Shown: piece after piece, positions 13,330 to 22,100 of the stretch
How the letters are laid out: every line of letters starts with the position of its first letter
Position numbering within the stretch: the first letter of the stretch is position 1
Source of the DNA: an uncultured archaeon
GTDB taxonomy: Archaea; Iainarchaeota; Iainarchaeia; Iainarchaeales; DATDZZ01
Direction of reading: 5' to 3'
Length of the DNA stretch: 32,000 bases
NCBI GenBank assembly: GCA_964373795.1
Contig: CAYJVY010000001.1
Location: forward strand, 1-32,000
Made by a program: the position numbers and the translations under genes
Notes under the pieces: generated by a model
Told to the model about the DNA's origin: nothing
The model's input: only the letters and a program-made list of their open reading frames with translations
Databases searched by the model: none

Positions 13330-15114
13330 ATGAATAAAAAAGTATTAATTTTAGTTTTCATTTTATTTTTTGCTTCTCTTTCCTTTGCTAAAAGCGTTGA
13401 ATTAATTAAAGCTGAAAATAATTATTTTATTCAATCAGATGGATTAGTTAAAGTTGAAGAAAATTTTTGGGCAAGATTTTCAGGGGAATTCACTGAAGGA
13501 TTTAGGATACTTGATTTTTCTAAAGGAGAAGAATTATTAAATGTAAAAGCTTTTGTGAATGAAGAAGAAGTCCCAGTAAGACTTATTGAAATCTCTGCTT
13601 CAAGAAAAGAAATTGATTATGAGTTATTTCCTTATAAAAAAAATCCTTCAAAAACTCATGTAAAACTTTTGTTTGAAGTAAAAAAAGCTGTTAAAGCATT
13701 CAATGATGTAGGCGAATTTGAATTAGATGTATGGGGCAATCAATGGGATTTAATGTTACCTGATTTGAACGGAAAAATTGTTTTGCCTAAAACTGTTTCA
13801 AATGCAAAAGAAATTTATTCTTGGGGCAGGCCAACACTCCAAGGAAAAATTGGTTTAGCTAAAGACAATCAATCACTTGTATTTGAGACATTTAATGTTC
13901 CCGCAAGACAAGCAGTAAAAATTACTATGGCTTTTCCAAGAGAATTACTTGATTCAACAGAGAATGCAATTGAAATTCAAGAAAATGGTTTGCAAAAAAT
14001 TATTGAAAGAGAAGAATTTTCAACAAAAGTTGATCCATTTCTAGCTTCAATAATTACTGCATTAATTGTTTTAGTTAACCTTTTACTGGTTTTAATTATT
14101 CCTATAAGCTTTATTGTTTTATGGTTTCATAGTGGAAAAGAACCACAAGTTGAATATAATGCAATTTATGAAAGAGACATTCCATTTAATTATTCTCCTG
14201 CAATTGTTTCATCTTTAATTAACATTGAATCCAAAAAACCTTCAGAAAAAGCAGTTATAGCAGTAATACTTGATTTGTGCTTGAAAGGATTTTTTAAATT
14301 AAGAAAAATAGAAAAAGAAAAATTTTTAGGATTAATTGGCGGAGGCACTGATTTTGAAATACTGTTTGAAGAAAAAACTCAAAACAAAAAGTTGGATGAA
14401 TTAACTGAACAAGAAAAAACTGTTTTCAAATGGATTACAATACATCATGAAGACAAAACATCTTTTAGTGAATTAGAAAAAGAAATCAAAAACGATGGAA
14501 ACTTCTCGAATAAATTCCTTGACTGGCAAAAACAAGTTGAAAAAGAAATGCAAAAAATGAAATTTTTTAAAAGCACTTTTGCAGAATATGCTTTTCCAAT
14601 AATCGCGGCAATTACAATAATTACATCATTTGTTTTCATATGGATCCTTAATGACATGCTTTTTTTCATTATATTTGCAGTTGTTTTTATTGAAGGATTT
14701 ATTGGATTTGCAGTATATAAAAAAGCTTTAACTGCTCGCACTAAAGAAGGAACCCTCCATTATTTCAAATGGATGAAATTAAAGGCTTTCTTGAATGACT
14801 TCAGTCAATTAAAAACAATGCCTGCAGACGCAATTATTTTATGGGAAAAATTCCTAGTTTATGCAATTGTTTTAGGTTGTGCAGACAAAGTTCAAGAAGC
14901 AATGCAAGTAGTATTTGCAACTCAAAATCAAATTCATTCAAATATTTTTGTAGGAAGCATTGGATATAGTTCTTTCAGAAATTTAACTAATTTTGCTCCA
15001 ACTTTTAGTTCAACTATTGCAAGCTCTACTTCTACAAGCGGGTCAAGTGGATTCAGTGGAGGAGGCTCTTATGGAGGAGGTGGATCGTTCGGTGGAGGAG
15101 GAGGATTTAGGTAA
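13330..15114 (+). CDS. DUF2207-like membrane protein with Gly-rich C-terminal tail
   Basis: Signal peptide, large extracytoplasmic domain, several TM helices and a terminal GSSGFSGGGSYGGGGSFGGGGGFR tail, which is the typical DUF2207 layout as I recall it. Confidence 0.7.
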   Translation: MNKKVLILVFILFFASLSFAKSVELIKAENNYFIQSDGLVKVEENFWARFSGEFTEGFRILDFSKGEELLNVKAFVNEEEVPVRLIEISASRKEIDYELFPYKKNPSKTHVKLLFEVKKAVKAFNDVGEFELDVWGNQWDLMLPDLNGKIVLPKTVSNAKEIYSWGRPTLQGKIGLAKDNQSLVFETFNVPARQAVKITMAFPRELLDSTENAIEIQENGLQKIIEREEFSTKVDPFLASIITALIVLVNLLLVLIIPISFIVLWFHSGKEPQVEYNAIYERDIPFNYSPAIVSSLINIESKKPSEKAVIAVILDLCLKGFFKLRKIEKEKFLGLIGGGTDFEILFEEKTQNKKLDELTEQEKTVFKWITIHHEDKTSFSELEKEIKNDGNFSNKFLDWQKQVEKEMQKMKFFKSTFAEYAFPIIAAITIITSFVFIWILNDMLFFIIFAVVFIEGFIGFAVYKKALTARTKEGTLHYFKWMKLKAFLNDFSQLKTMPADAIILWEKFLVYAIVLGCADKVQEAMQVVFATQNQIHSNIFVGSIGYSSFRNLTNFAPTFSSTIASSTSTSGSSGFSGGGSYGGGGSFGGGGGFR

Positions 15115-15702
15115 ATGATTAAAGCAATTGTTTTTGACTGGGGAGGAGTACTAATTGACAGTCCATGGAATGAATTAATTGAAAATTGTTCACAAGAACT
15201 CGGCGTTGATGCAAATACATTTGAACGAGTTCACAAAATGCTTGAACCAGAATTCCAAAAAGGACTTAAAGAAAAAGATTACTTAAAAAAAGCATGCATT
15301 AAATTACAAATTCCTGTTCCACATGACATTTTTGTATGGAAAAAAGCCGTAGAAAAATCCTTTCATGAAAGAAAAGAAGTAATAAATTTGGCAAAAAAAT
15401 TACGCAAAAAAGGTTATAAAATTGGGCTCCTTTCAAACACTGAAATTCCAGCAGTAGAATATTTTTATAAACAAGGATATGACTTTTTTGATGTTGTCAT
15501 TTTTTCATGCAATGAAGGAGTCATCAAACCGGAGAAAAAAAGTTACAATATATTGATTGAAAGGCTTGAAACAAAACCAAATGAAATTATTTTTATTGAC
15601 GATCAATTGGAAAACATTGCTGGCGCCAAAAAAACAGGAATAAATGGAATTTTGTTTAAAAGCTTTAAACAAGTGAAAAATGATCTAAAAAAACTTATTT
15701 AA
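15115..15702 (+). CDS. HAD-superfamily hydrolase (subfamily IA-like)
   Basis: Motif I FDWGGVL, motif II LLSNT, motif III/IV K...IFIDDQLENIAGAKKTG. ATG directly abuts the upstream stop, and GGAGGAGGAGGA (15094-15105) acts as SD. Confidence 0.8.
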   Translation: MIKAIVFDWGGVLIDSPWNELIENCSQELGVDANTFERVHKMLEPEFQKGLKEKDYLKKACIKLQIPVPHDIFVWKKAVEKSFHERKEVINLAKKLRKKGYKIGLLSNTEIPAVEYFYKQGYDFFDVVIFSCNEGVIKPEKKSYNILIERLETKPNEIIFIDDQLENIAGAKKTGINGILFKSFKQVKNDLKKLI

Positions 15703-15854
15703 AAAGCCCTGCTTCGTCTTTTGACTAATTTTTGTAAAGTTTTAAATGATTTCTGAAATAAACTTTTGTTGTTGTAATCAATGTTACATCCAATATATTT
15801 ATATATTTGCACATAATATATTTATTTACACATAATTTATTTGGAGGCGGATAT

Positions 15855-16103
15855 TTGGCTACTATGACTTTGGCTGTGCCTGATGACCTGAAGCGTAAAA
15901 TGGACAAGTATGCGGAAATTAACTGGAGCGAGATTGCAAGACAAGCTTTCAAGAAAAGAATTGAAGACTTTGAATTTGTGAAAAGATTTATCTCCGATAG
16001 CGAGTTAACTGAAGAAGACGCTTTAAGGCTTGGTAAACTAGCTAAAAAAGGAATGGCAAAACGACTAAAAAAAGAAATCTTTTCAAGAAACAAAATAAGG
16101 TAA
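15855..16103 (+). CDS. ribbon-helix-helix (CopG/antitoxin-like) protein
   Basis: MTLAVPDDLKRKMDKYAEINWSEIARQAF is a typical RHH beta-strand plus helix. TTG 15855 lies 7 nt after GGAGG (15843-15847). ATG 15864 is the alternative start. The track start 15807 is unlikely. Confidence 0.6.
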   Translation: MATMTLAVPDDLKRKMDKYAEINWSEIARQAFKKRIEDFEFVKRFISDSELTEEDALRLGKLAKKGMAKRLKKEIFSRNKIR

Positions 16104-16209
16104 AAATATTCAATACTCTGGAACTTGCAAAAATTATTTTATAATAAAAGGCGCTATGAAAATTGTGAGAGCATTTTAAAATTCTTTTCAAAGCTAATTT
16201 TTATTGTTT

Positions 16210-17583
16210 ATGAGTTTAGGTGAAAAATTAAGAAATGCTTTAGAGAAGCTGCGAAACTCTTCAGCTTTAGATCAATCAGCTGTAAAAGAGGCAGTGAAAG
16301 AAATTCAAAGAGCATTAATTTCTTCAGATGTAGAAATCTCCTTAGTTTTAGATTTAAGTAAAAAAATTGAAGAAGAATCCTTCAAGGATCTGCCTGAAGG
16401 AGTCAACAGAAAAGAATTCGTAATCAAGGCAACTTATGATTTATTGGTTAGCTTGCTTGGCGGAGAAACAGTGGAGGTTCCTGAACGACCTAAAAAAATT
16501 TTATTAGTTGGAACCTTTGGACATGGAAAAACTACTTCAACAGCAAAGCTTGGAAAATATTATTCAAAAAAAGGATTAAAAGTTGGGGTAATTTGCGCAG
16601 ATTCTTTCAGGCCAGCTGCATTTGATCAATTAAAACAATTATGCGAGAAAGCACATTTAAAGTTTTATGGAAACAAAGAAGAAAAAAATGCTGCAAAAAT
16701 TGTGCAACATGGATTGCAGGAATTAAAGGAAACTGATTTAATTATTGTTGACTCTGCTGGAAGAAGTTCTTTAGATGAAGAACTAGTGAAAGAAATTAAG
16801 GAAATTAATTCCATTCTGAAACCAGAATTAAATTTACTTGTATTAGGAGCAGATATTGGTCAAATAGCTAAAAAACAAGCAATTGGTTTTCACGATGCAG
16901 TTGGAGTGCAAGGAGTAATTATTACTAAAATGGATGGCTCTGCAAAAGGAGGAGGAGCATTAGCTGCCTGCCATGTAACTAAAAGCCAGGTATACTTTAT
17001 TGGAGTAGGAGAAAAAATTGATGACTTTGAAGAGTTTAATGCTCAAAGATTTTTAAGCAGAATAATGGGTTACGGAGACTTGAAGGCTTTACTTGAAAAA
17101 GTTCAAGACATTGAATCAGAGGTTACTCCAGAACAACTAGAAAAAATAATGCAAGGAGAATTCAATCTTCAAATGTTTTACGATCAATTAAAGGCTGCTC
17201 GTTCAATGGGGCCAATAAAAAAAGTAATGGAGTTAATGGGTTTAGGTTATAAAATTCCGGACGAATTAATGGAAGGCGGAGAAAAAAAGCTTGATTCATT
17301 TAAAGTAATAATGGATTCAATGACAAAACAAGAAAAATCAGATCCAGAAATAATTAATTCCTCTAGAATCCAAAGAATTGCTAAAGGCTCTGGAACAAAA
17401 GAAAAAGACATTAGAGAATTAATTAAAAACTTCAAGCAAATGAAGAAAATGTTTAAAGAATTTAATAGAAGTAAAATGGATAAACAATTAATGCAAGGCA
17501 AGGGCGCAAATCTAGATTTAAATTCTTTAATGCAGAAATTCCAAGGAAAAAAACTAGCTAAAAAGAAATTCAAGTTAAGATAG
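16210..17583 (+). CDS. srp54: signal recognition particle protein SRP54
   Basis: N domain, then G domain (GTFGHGKTTSTAKL, DSFRPAAFDQL, DSAGR, TKMDGSAKGGGAL), then a Met-rich M domain. ATG 16210 preferred over TTG 16204. TATA-like ATTTTAAAATT lies about 28 nt upstream. Confidence 0.95.
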   Translation: MSLGEKLRNALEKLRNSSALDQSAVKEAVKEIQRALISSDVEISLVLDLSKKIEEESFKDLPEGVNRKEFVIKATYDLLVSLLGGETVEVPERPKKILLVGTFGHGKTTSTAKLGKYYSKKGLKVGVICADSFRPAAFDQLKQLCEKAHLKFYGNKEEKNAAKIVQHGLQELKETDLIIVDSAGRSSLDEELVKEIKEINSILKPELNLLVLGADIGQIAKKQAIGFHDAVGVQGVIITKMDGSAKGGGALAACHVTKSQVYFIGVGEKIDDFEEFNAQRFLSRIMGYGDLKALLEKVQDIESEVTPEQLEKIMQGEFNLQMFYDQLKAARSMGPIKKVMELMGLGYKIPDELMEGGEKKLDSFKVIMDSMTKQEKSDPEIINSSRIQRIAKGSGTKEKDIRELIKNFKQMKKMFKEFNRSKMDKQLMQGKGANLDLNSLMQKFQGKKLAKKKFKLR

Positions 17584-17600
17584 CTCTTACAAAATAACAA

Positions 17601-17611
17601 GATTTAAATTA
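17601..17611 (+). promoter_or_regulatory. TATA box GATTTAAATTA about 28 nt upstream of ATG 17634
   Basis: Read directly. Confidence 0.4.
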
Positions 17612-17633
17612 GTTACAATGATTTATATTTAAC

Positions 17634-18293
17634 ATGAAAAAAGTTTTTTCGCTTTTAATTTTTTTATTGTTTTTACAAACAAGTTTTGCACAAACAGAAA
17701 CAACTACTCAAACTCAAATTCTTGATTTCAGCGTAATTGTATCTGTAATAATTGTATTAGCATTTATTGTGTTATTTGTTTTAATTGCAATTGCAATAAT
17801 TGGGTTAGTTTACTATCTTGGATTTAAAGGAAGCGCTCATGTTCAGCCAAAACCAGTTACAAGAGACTCAGACTATTCCATGCCAAGAATTGTTTTAACT
17901 CCAAAAAAAGAAGAAGAAAAAGAACCAGAAATTTCAAAACCATTAGAAAAACCAGTGGAAAAACCTTTAACAACAGAAGAAAAAGAAACACAAGAAAATG
18001 AAGCAAAATCTCTTGCCTATAAAGAATTAGAATTAGATGACTCTTCAATAAAACAACCATTTGAAGAAAAAAAAGTAGTTGAAGAAATAAAAGAAAAACA
18101 GCCTAAAAAACTTTTTTCTTTTGGTTGGAAAACAAAAACCGAAACTGAATCAAAGCCAGTTGAAGAGGTAAAAGAAACTGAAAAAACAGAGGAAAAAGTT
18201 TTTGAAGCAAAACCAATAATTGAAACTGAGGAAGAAAAAGAAAAATCAAAAATTTCAAAAGCTTTTCTTGACAGATTTAAAATAAAAAAATAA
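17634..18293 (+). CDS. membrane protein: signal peptide, very short ectodomain, one TM helix, Glu/Lys-rich tail
   Basis: MKKVFSLLIFLLFLQTSFAQ signal, TM helix VIVSVIIVLAFIVLFVLIAIAIIGLVYYL, then a low-complexity E/K/P/T tail. No family recognised. Confidence 0.6.
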   Translation: MKKVFSLLIFLLFLQTSFAQTETTTQTQILDFSVIVSVIIVLAFIVLFVLIAIAIIGLVYYLGFKGSAHVQPKPVTRDSDYSMPRIVLTPKKEEEKEPEISKPLEKPVEKPLTTEEKETQENEAKSLAYKELELDDSSIKQPFEEKKVVEEIKEKQPKKLFSFGWKTKTETESKPVEEVKETEKTEEKVFEAKPIIETEEEKEKSKISKAFLDRFKIKK

Positions 18294-18303
18294 AGTGAAT
18301 TAA

Positions 18304-19128
18304 ATGGAGTTCTATTTACTAAGAGTAATTGTTTTATTAATAGGAAGTGCAATTGCATCTTACACTGATTTAAAGTCTGGCTATATTTACGATAAAATAA
18401 CCTATCCAATGATTGCAATTGGATTAATAATTAATTTATTTGAAAAAGAATTAATTCAAATTTATTTGCTTGCAGGAATAGTTTTTGTTTTAGGCTACTT
18501 GTTATATTTTACTGGAAAAATTGGAGGCGGAGACGTAAAACTCTTTATCGGAGTATCATTGCTAATGCCTTTTCTTAATTCAAGCATTCCATTTATTTTA
18601 TTAGTATTATTTTCAAGCGGAGTTATTAGCATCGTAGTTTTGTCTGTTTATTATTCCATTAAGTATTTTAAAAAAGGGATTGAATTAAATTTAATTAAGT
18701 CAAAATTGCCTGTAACTTTGTTTCTTTCAATACTGTTAATTGTTTATTTTTATTTTTTATATAACTTTAAAGTGATTTCATTAATTCCATTCATTGCATT
18801 AATTGTTATAGCAGTTTGTGCATTAATTTTCTTATTGCTTGAAAAAGGTATTAGAAAAGAATTTTTTTTGAAAAAAATTAAATTAAAGGATTTAGAAGAA
18901 GATGAAATAATTGCATTAGAGTTTGCTTCAGAAGAGTTAGTAAAAAAACTTGAATTAAATGGGAAAAGTATTTTAGGTGAAAAAGAAGTAAAGCAATTAA
19001 AGGAATTAAAAGTAAAAGAAGTGCCTGTTTATAGAAACCTTCCAAAATTTGCTCCATTTGTTTTCCTGGGAATAATTGGTTCTCTGTTGTTTCCTAATTT
19101 AATGGATTTATTTTTCATGTTAAAATAG
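18304..19128 (+). CDS. A24-family prepilin/preflagellin peptidase
   Basis: Polytopic membrane protein with both catalytic Asp contexts (SAIASYTDLKSGYIYD and GKIGGGDVKL). SD GTGAAT 6 nt upstream implies co-transcription with 17634-18293. Confidence 0.75.
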   Translation: MEFYLLRVIVLLIGSAIASYTDLKSGYIYDKITYPMIAIGLIINLFEKELIQIYLLAGIVFVLGYLLYFTGKIGGGDVKLFIGVSLLMPFLNSSIPFILLVLFSSGVISIVVLSVYYSIKYFKKGIELNLIKSKLPVTLFLSILLIVYFYFLYNFKVISLIPFIALIVIAVCALIFLLLEKGIRKEFFLKKIKLKDLEEDEIIALEFASEELVKKLELNGKSILGEKEVKQLKELKVKEVPVYRNLPKFAPFVFLGIIGSLLFPNLMDLFFMLK

Positions 19129-20185
19129 TTTTTTCAAAACTTAAACCATTGCAAGAAATTTTTGCAGGGGAATTTAACTCTCCTTCTACTTGAAAATCCA
19201 CGTTTAATAATTTTTTTAATACAAGCATGTTTGTTTGAGCATGCATTGTTAAATTCGTTGTTTCGATTTCGGATTTTCCTCTTGCAATAGCCATTAAAGG
19301 AAGTAATTGATCAACTAAATGCCTGTCAACAGGTTTTTGTTGAGCAGTTTCTTCAAGAAATCTTAATGCTGCTTGTTCGCCAATTTTTAGTGCAGGAACT
19401 CCTTTCACTCCTAATTCGCTTACTCCGATTCTTGCATCATTAGAGTAAAAAGCAATTAAATCAATTACTGATCCAATTGATTCCTTTAAATCAATTGAAT
19501 TAATTTCTTCAATTAAATCACATGAAAATTTTTCTTCCAAAATTTTTTTAGCTGCTTTTGCTTGATTTAATGCAACTTCTTTAGGCAAGCCACTTGAATT
19601 GGAAAAAATTTTAATAAATTTTGGTTCTCCTAAAGAAGTTAAATTAATTTTTTTTAAAGGAAATTTTGGTTTACTTGATTCAAACACTACTACTCCGTTT
19701 CCTAAAGGATTAAATCCATGCTTAATTAATTTGGCTTCAAAATTGCAGCCCATTTTATTTGCAATTGGCATAAAAACTTCTTTAAAATAATTAAATGAAG
19801 GAGAAAACGGAACATCAGTTCCTCCAACGATTCTTAAAGAAATTTTTTCTTCTGCAAACAAACATGAAAGAAAAATTGTTTGCAGTAAAAGAGTAATGCT
19901 TCCAGCTGTTTTAATGTTTACTGAAAAAGTTCCTCCTTGAATTTTTTTTGGATTAAAAAAAAGTTTAGTGGAATTTAAATTACAATGCTCTAATTCTGCA
20001 TTTGATAGTTTTGCAAGCGTTTGAACTGCAGTTAAATGCTGTGGCCTTAATCCTTGTTTTTCTCGACCTTTCCTAATATTAATTAATTTAATTGGTTTTT
20101 GAAGAAGAGTTGAAACACTTAAAGCAGTTCTTAAAACCTGGCCGCCGCCTTCTCCAAGAGAACAATCAAATTCAATTAAATCCAT
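19115..20185 (-). CDS. rtcA: RNA 3'-terminal phosphate cyclase
   Basis: N-terminal signature DCSLGEGGGQVLRTALSVSTLLQKPIKLINIR..R...GLRPQHL. Length 356 aa is typical. Confidence 0.9.
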   Translation of the reverse strand: MDLIEFDCSLGEGGGQVLRTALSVSTLLQKPIKLINIRKGREKQGLRPQHLTAVQTLAKLSNAELEHCNLNSTKLFFNPKKIQGGTFSVNIKTAGSITLLLQTIFLSCLFAEEKISLRIVGGTDVPFSPSFNYFKEVFMPIANKMGCNFEAKLIKHGFNPLGNGVVVFESSKPKFPLKKINLTSLGEPKFIKIFSNSSGLPKEVALNQAKAAKKILEEKFSCDLIEEINSIDLKESIGSVIDLIAFYSNDARIGVSELGVKGVPALKIGEQAALRFLEETAQQKPVDRHLVDQLLPLMAIARGKSEIETTNLTMHAQTNMLVLKKLLNVDFQVEGELNSPAKISCNGLSFEKTILT

Positions 20186-20290
20186 TAAATCCCTTTACTA
20201 AGCCTTAAAACAGCACTTTAAATTAGCTTTAAAGCTATTAAAATTGTTATAAAAATAGTAATTTAATGCTTTTCTCTCTTTAAATCCTTC

Positions 20291-21196
20291 ATGAAAGTCT
20301 TGGTTACAGGCTCAACTGGATTCATTGGAAAACATTTAGTGAAAGAATTAAAAAAAACAGGTTTTCAAGTAAAAGAATTTAGTTTAAGTGAAGGAAAAGA
20401 CTTGCTTAATAGAGAGGATTTAAAGCAAGAATTATTCGGCGTGCAAGCAGTAATTCATTTAGCTGCTTTATTGGATGAAACAAAGAGTTTAGAAGAATTA
20501 AGAAAAGTAAACGTTTTAGGAACTGAAAACCTGTTAAAAGAATGCGCTGAACAAAGAATTGAAAAATTTATTTATTTAAGCACTACAGGAGTATATGGAG
20601 ACATTAAAGAAAAAGCCAATGAATTAACTCATTTAAATCCTTTAACTGGTTACGAGAAATCAAAAACTGAAGCAGAAAAAATTGTTTTAAGCTTTCAAGA
20701 ATTAGTGCCAATTACAGTTATTCGATCTCCAATTGTTTACGGGCCAAACACTTATTGGAGGAAAATAATTTCTTTAGTGAAAAAAGGTTTTCCAATAATT
20801 GGTTTAGGCGAAAACAAAATGCAATTAATTTACTTCAAAGACTTGGTTGATGCAATCATTTTTTTACTTAAATCTGATGAAGCAATTGGAGAAACATTTA
20901 TTGTTGCTTCAGACGAGATTTTAACCTACAAACAAGTGCACAAAATTATTGCAGAAAAACTTGGCATTCCATTCAAAGAAAAACACATGCCTATTTGGAT
21001 AGCTAAAATTCTTGCATTCATTAATTTAATGAAGTCAAAAATTTTTGGCAAAGAATCAATTTTAATTCCTTCTCATATTGACAGATTGCTTAGATTAAGA
21101 GAATATGATTTAAGTAAAATTCACTCACTTGGATGGAAATCCAAGCATTTTTTCAAAGAAGGAATTCGAGAAACAATTTTAGAACTAAACCTATAA
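20291..21196 (+). CDS. NAD-dependent epimerase/dehydratase (extended SDR)
   Basis: Rossmann motif VLVTGSTGFIGKHL, catalytic YEKSK (YxxxK). 301 aa. Confidence 0.85.
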   Translation: MKVLVTGSTGFIGKHLVKELKKTGFQVKEFSLSEGKDLLNREDLKQELFGVQAVIHLAALLDETKSLEELRKVNVLGTENLLKECAEQRIEKFIYLSTTGVYGDIKEKANELTHLNPLTGYEKSKTEAEKIVLSFQELVPITVIRSPIVYGPNTYWRKIISLVKKGFPIIGLGENKMQLIYFKDLVDAIIFLLKSDEAIGETFIVASDEILTYKQVHKIIAEKLGIPFKEKHMPIWIAKILAFINLMKSKIFGKESILIPSHIDRLLRLREYDLSKIHSLGWKSKHFFKEGIRETILELNL

Positions 21197-21210
21197 AGCA
21201 ATTGAAAAAA

Positions 21211-22005
21211 TTATTTTAATTTTTCTTTTCCTGCTTTTTTAACTGAAGAAGTTAAATCCTTGAATAATTTTTCCAACTTTTTTTCGTCTCCTTTAGTTTT
21301 TTCAAAAGCAGTTCCAACTTGAATAATGTCTGCTCCGGTTTTAATTAATTCAAATGCTGATTCAGGAGTTCTAACTCCTCCTGCTACAATCAATGGCACA
21401 TCAATTAATTGTTTAGTTAATTGCACCATTTCAATTGGAGCATGAGTTTCAGCTCCGCCTCCTGATTCAAGAATAACTAAATGTGCACCCATATATTGCC
21501 CAGCTAAAGCAGTTATTGCAGCCAAATAAGGCATGTTTCTAGGAATTAATTGAGCTCTTCCAACCCATCCAGCTGCTCTTCCAGGCTCTAAAATAATGTA
21601 AGAGGTTGGAATTATTTCTACTCCGCTTTTTTTTGCTGGAAAGGATGCAGCTATTTGAGCTCCACTAATATAATAAGGATCAATTGAGTTAAGCAATGAC
21701 ATGAAATAAATTGCATCTGCATACTTTGAAAGAGTTGCAATGTTTCCTGGAAACAATATTACAGGCAAAGAACAGTTTTCCTTAATAGTTATAATTGCTT
21801 GATCTAGTACAGGGCCTTGAGCTCCAACGCTTCCTCCAACAGCAAAGGCATCTAAACCGCTTTTCTCTGCAATCTTTGCAATCATTGCAACTTGTTCTTT
21901 TGAATAATTAGGCGGATCTAATTGCATGAAAGTTAACCCTCCTTCTTCTTCAATTTTTTTAATCATCCATTTAAATGTTTTCCCAAAATGTTTTTCAAAA
22001 TCCAT
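21211..22005 (-). CDS. geranylgeranylglyceryl phosphate synthase (PcrB/GGGPS family)
   Basis: TIM-barrel motifs AFAVGGS, ESGGGA, VAGGVRTPESAFELIKTGADIIQVGTAFE. SD GAGGA upstream. Confidence 0.75.
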   Translation of the reverse strand: MDFEKHFGKTFKWMIKKIEEEGGLTFMQLDPPNYSKEQVAMIAKIAEKSGLDAFAVGGSVGAQGPVLDQAIITIKENCSLPVILFPGNIATLSKYADAIYFMSLLNSIDPYYISGAQIAASFPAKKSGVEIIPTSYIILEPGRAAGWVGRAQLIPRNMPYLAAITALAGQYMGAHLVILESGGGAETHAPIEMVQLTKQLIDVPLIVAGGVRTPESAFELIKTGADIIQVGTAFEKTKGDEKKLEKLFKDLTSSVKKAGKEKLK

Positions 22006-22100
22006 GAAAAATTCCTCTACTTGAATTTAAGATTTCAGAAAGGAAAGCTTTAAAATGTGTTTCATTTTTTCGTTGATCACCAACACTAAAAAAGAAGGAT

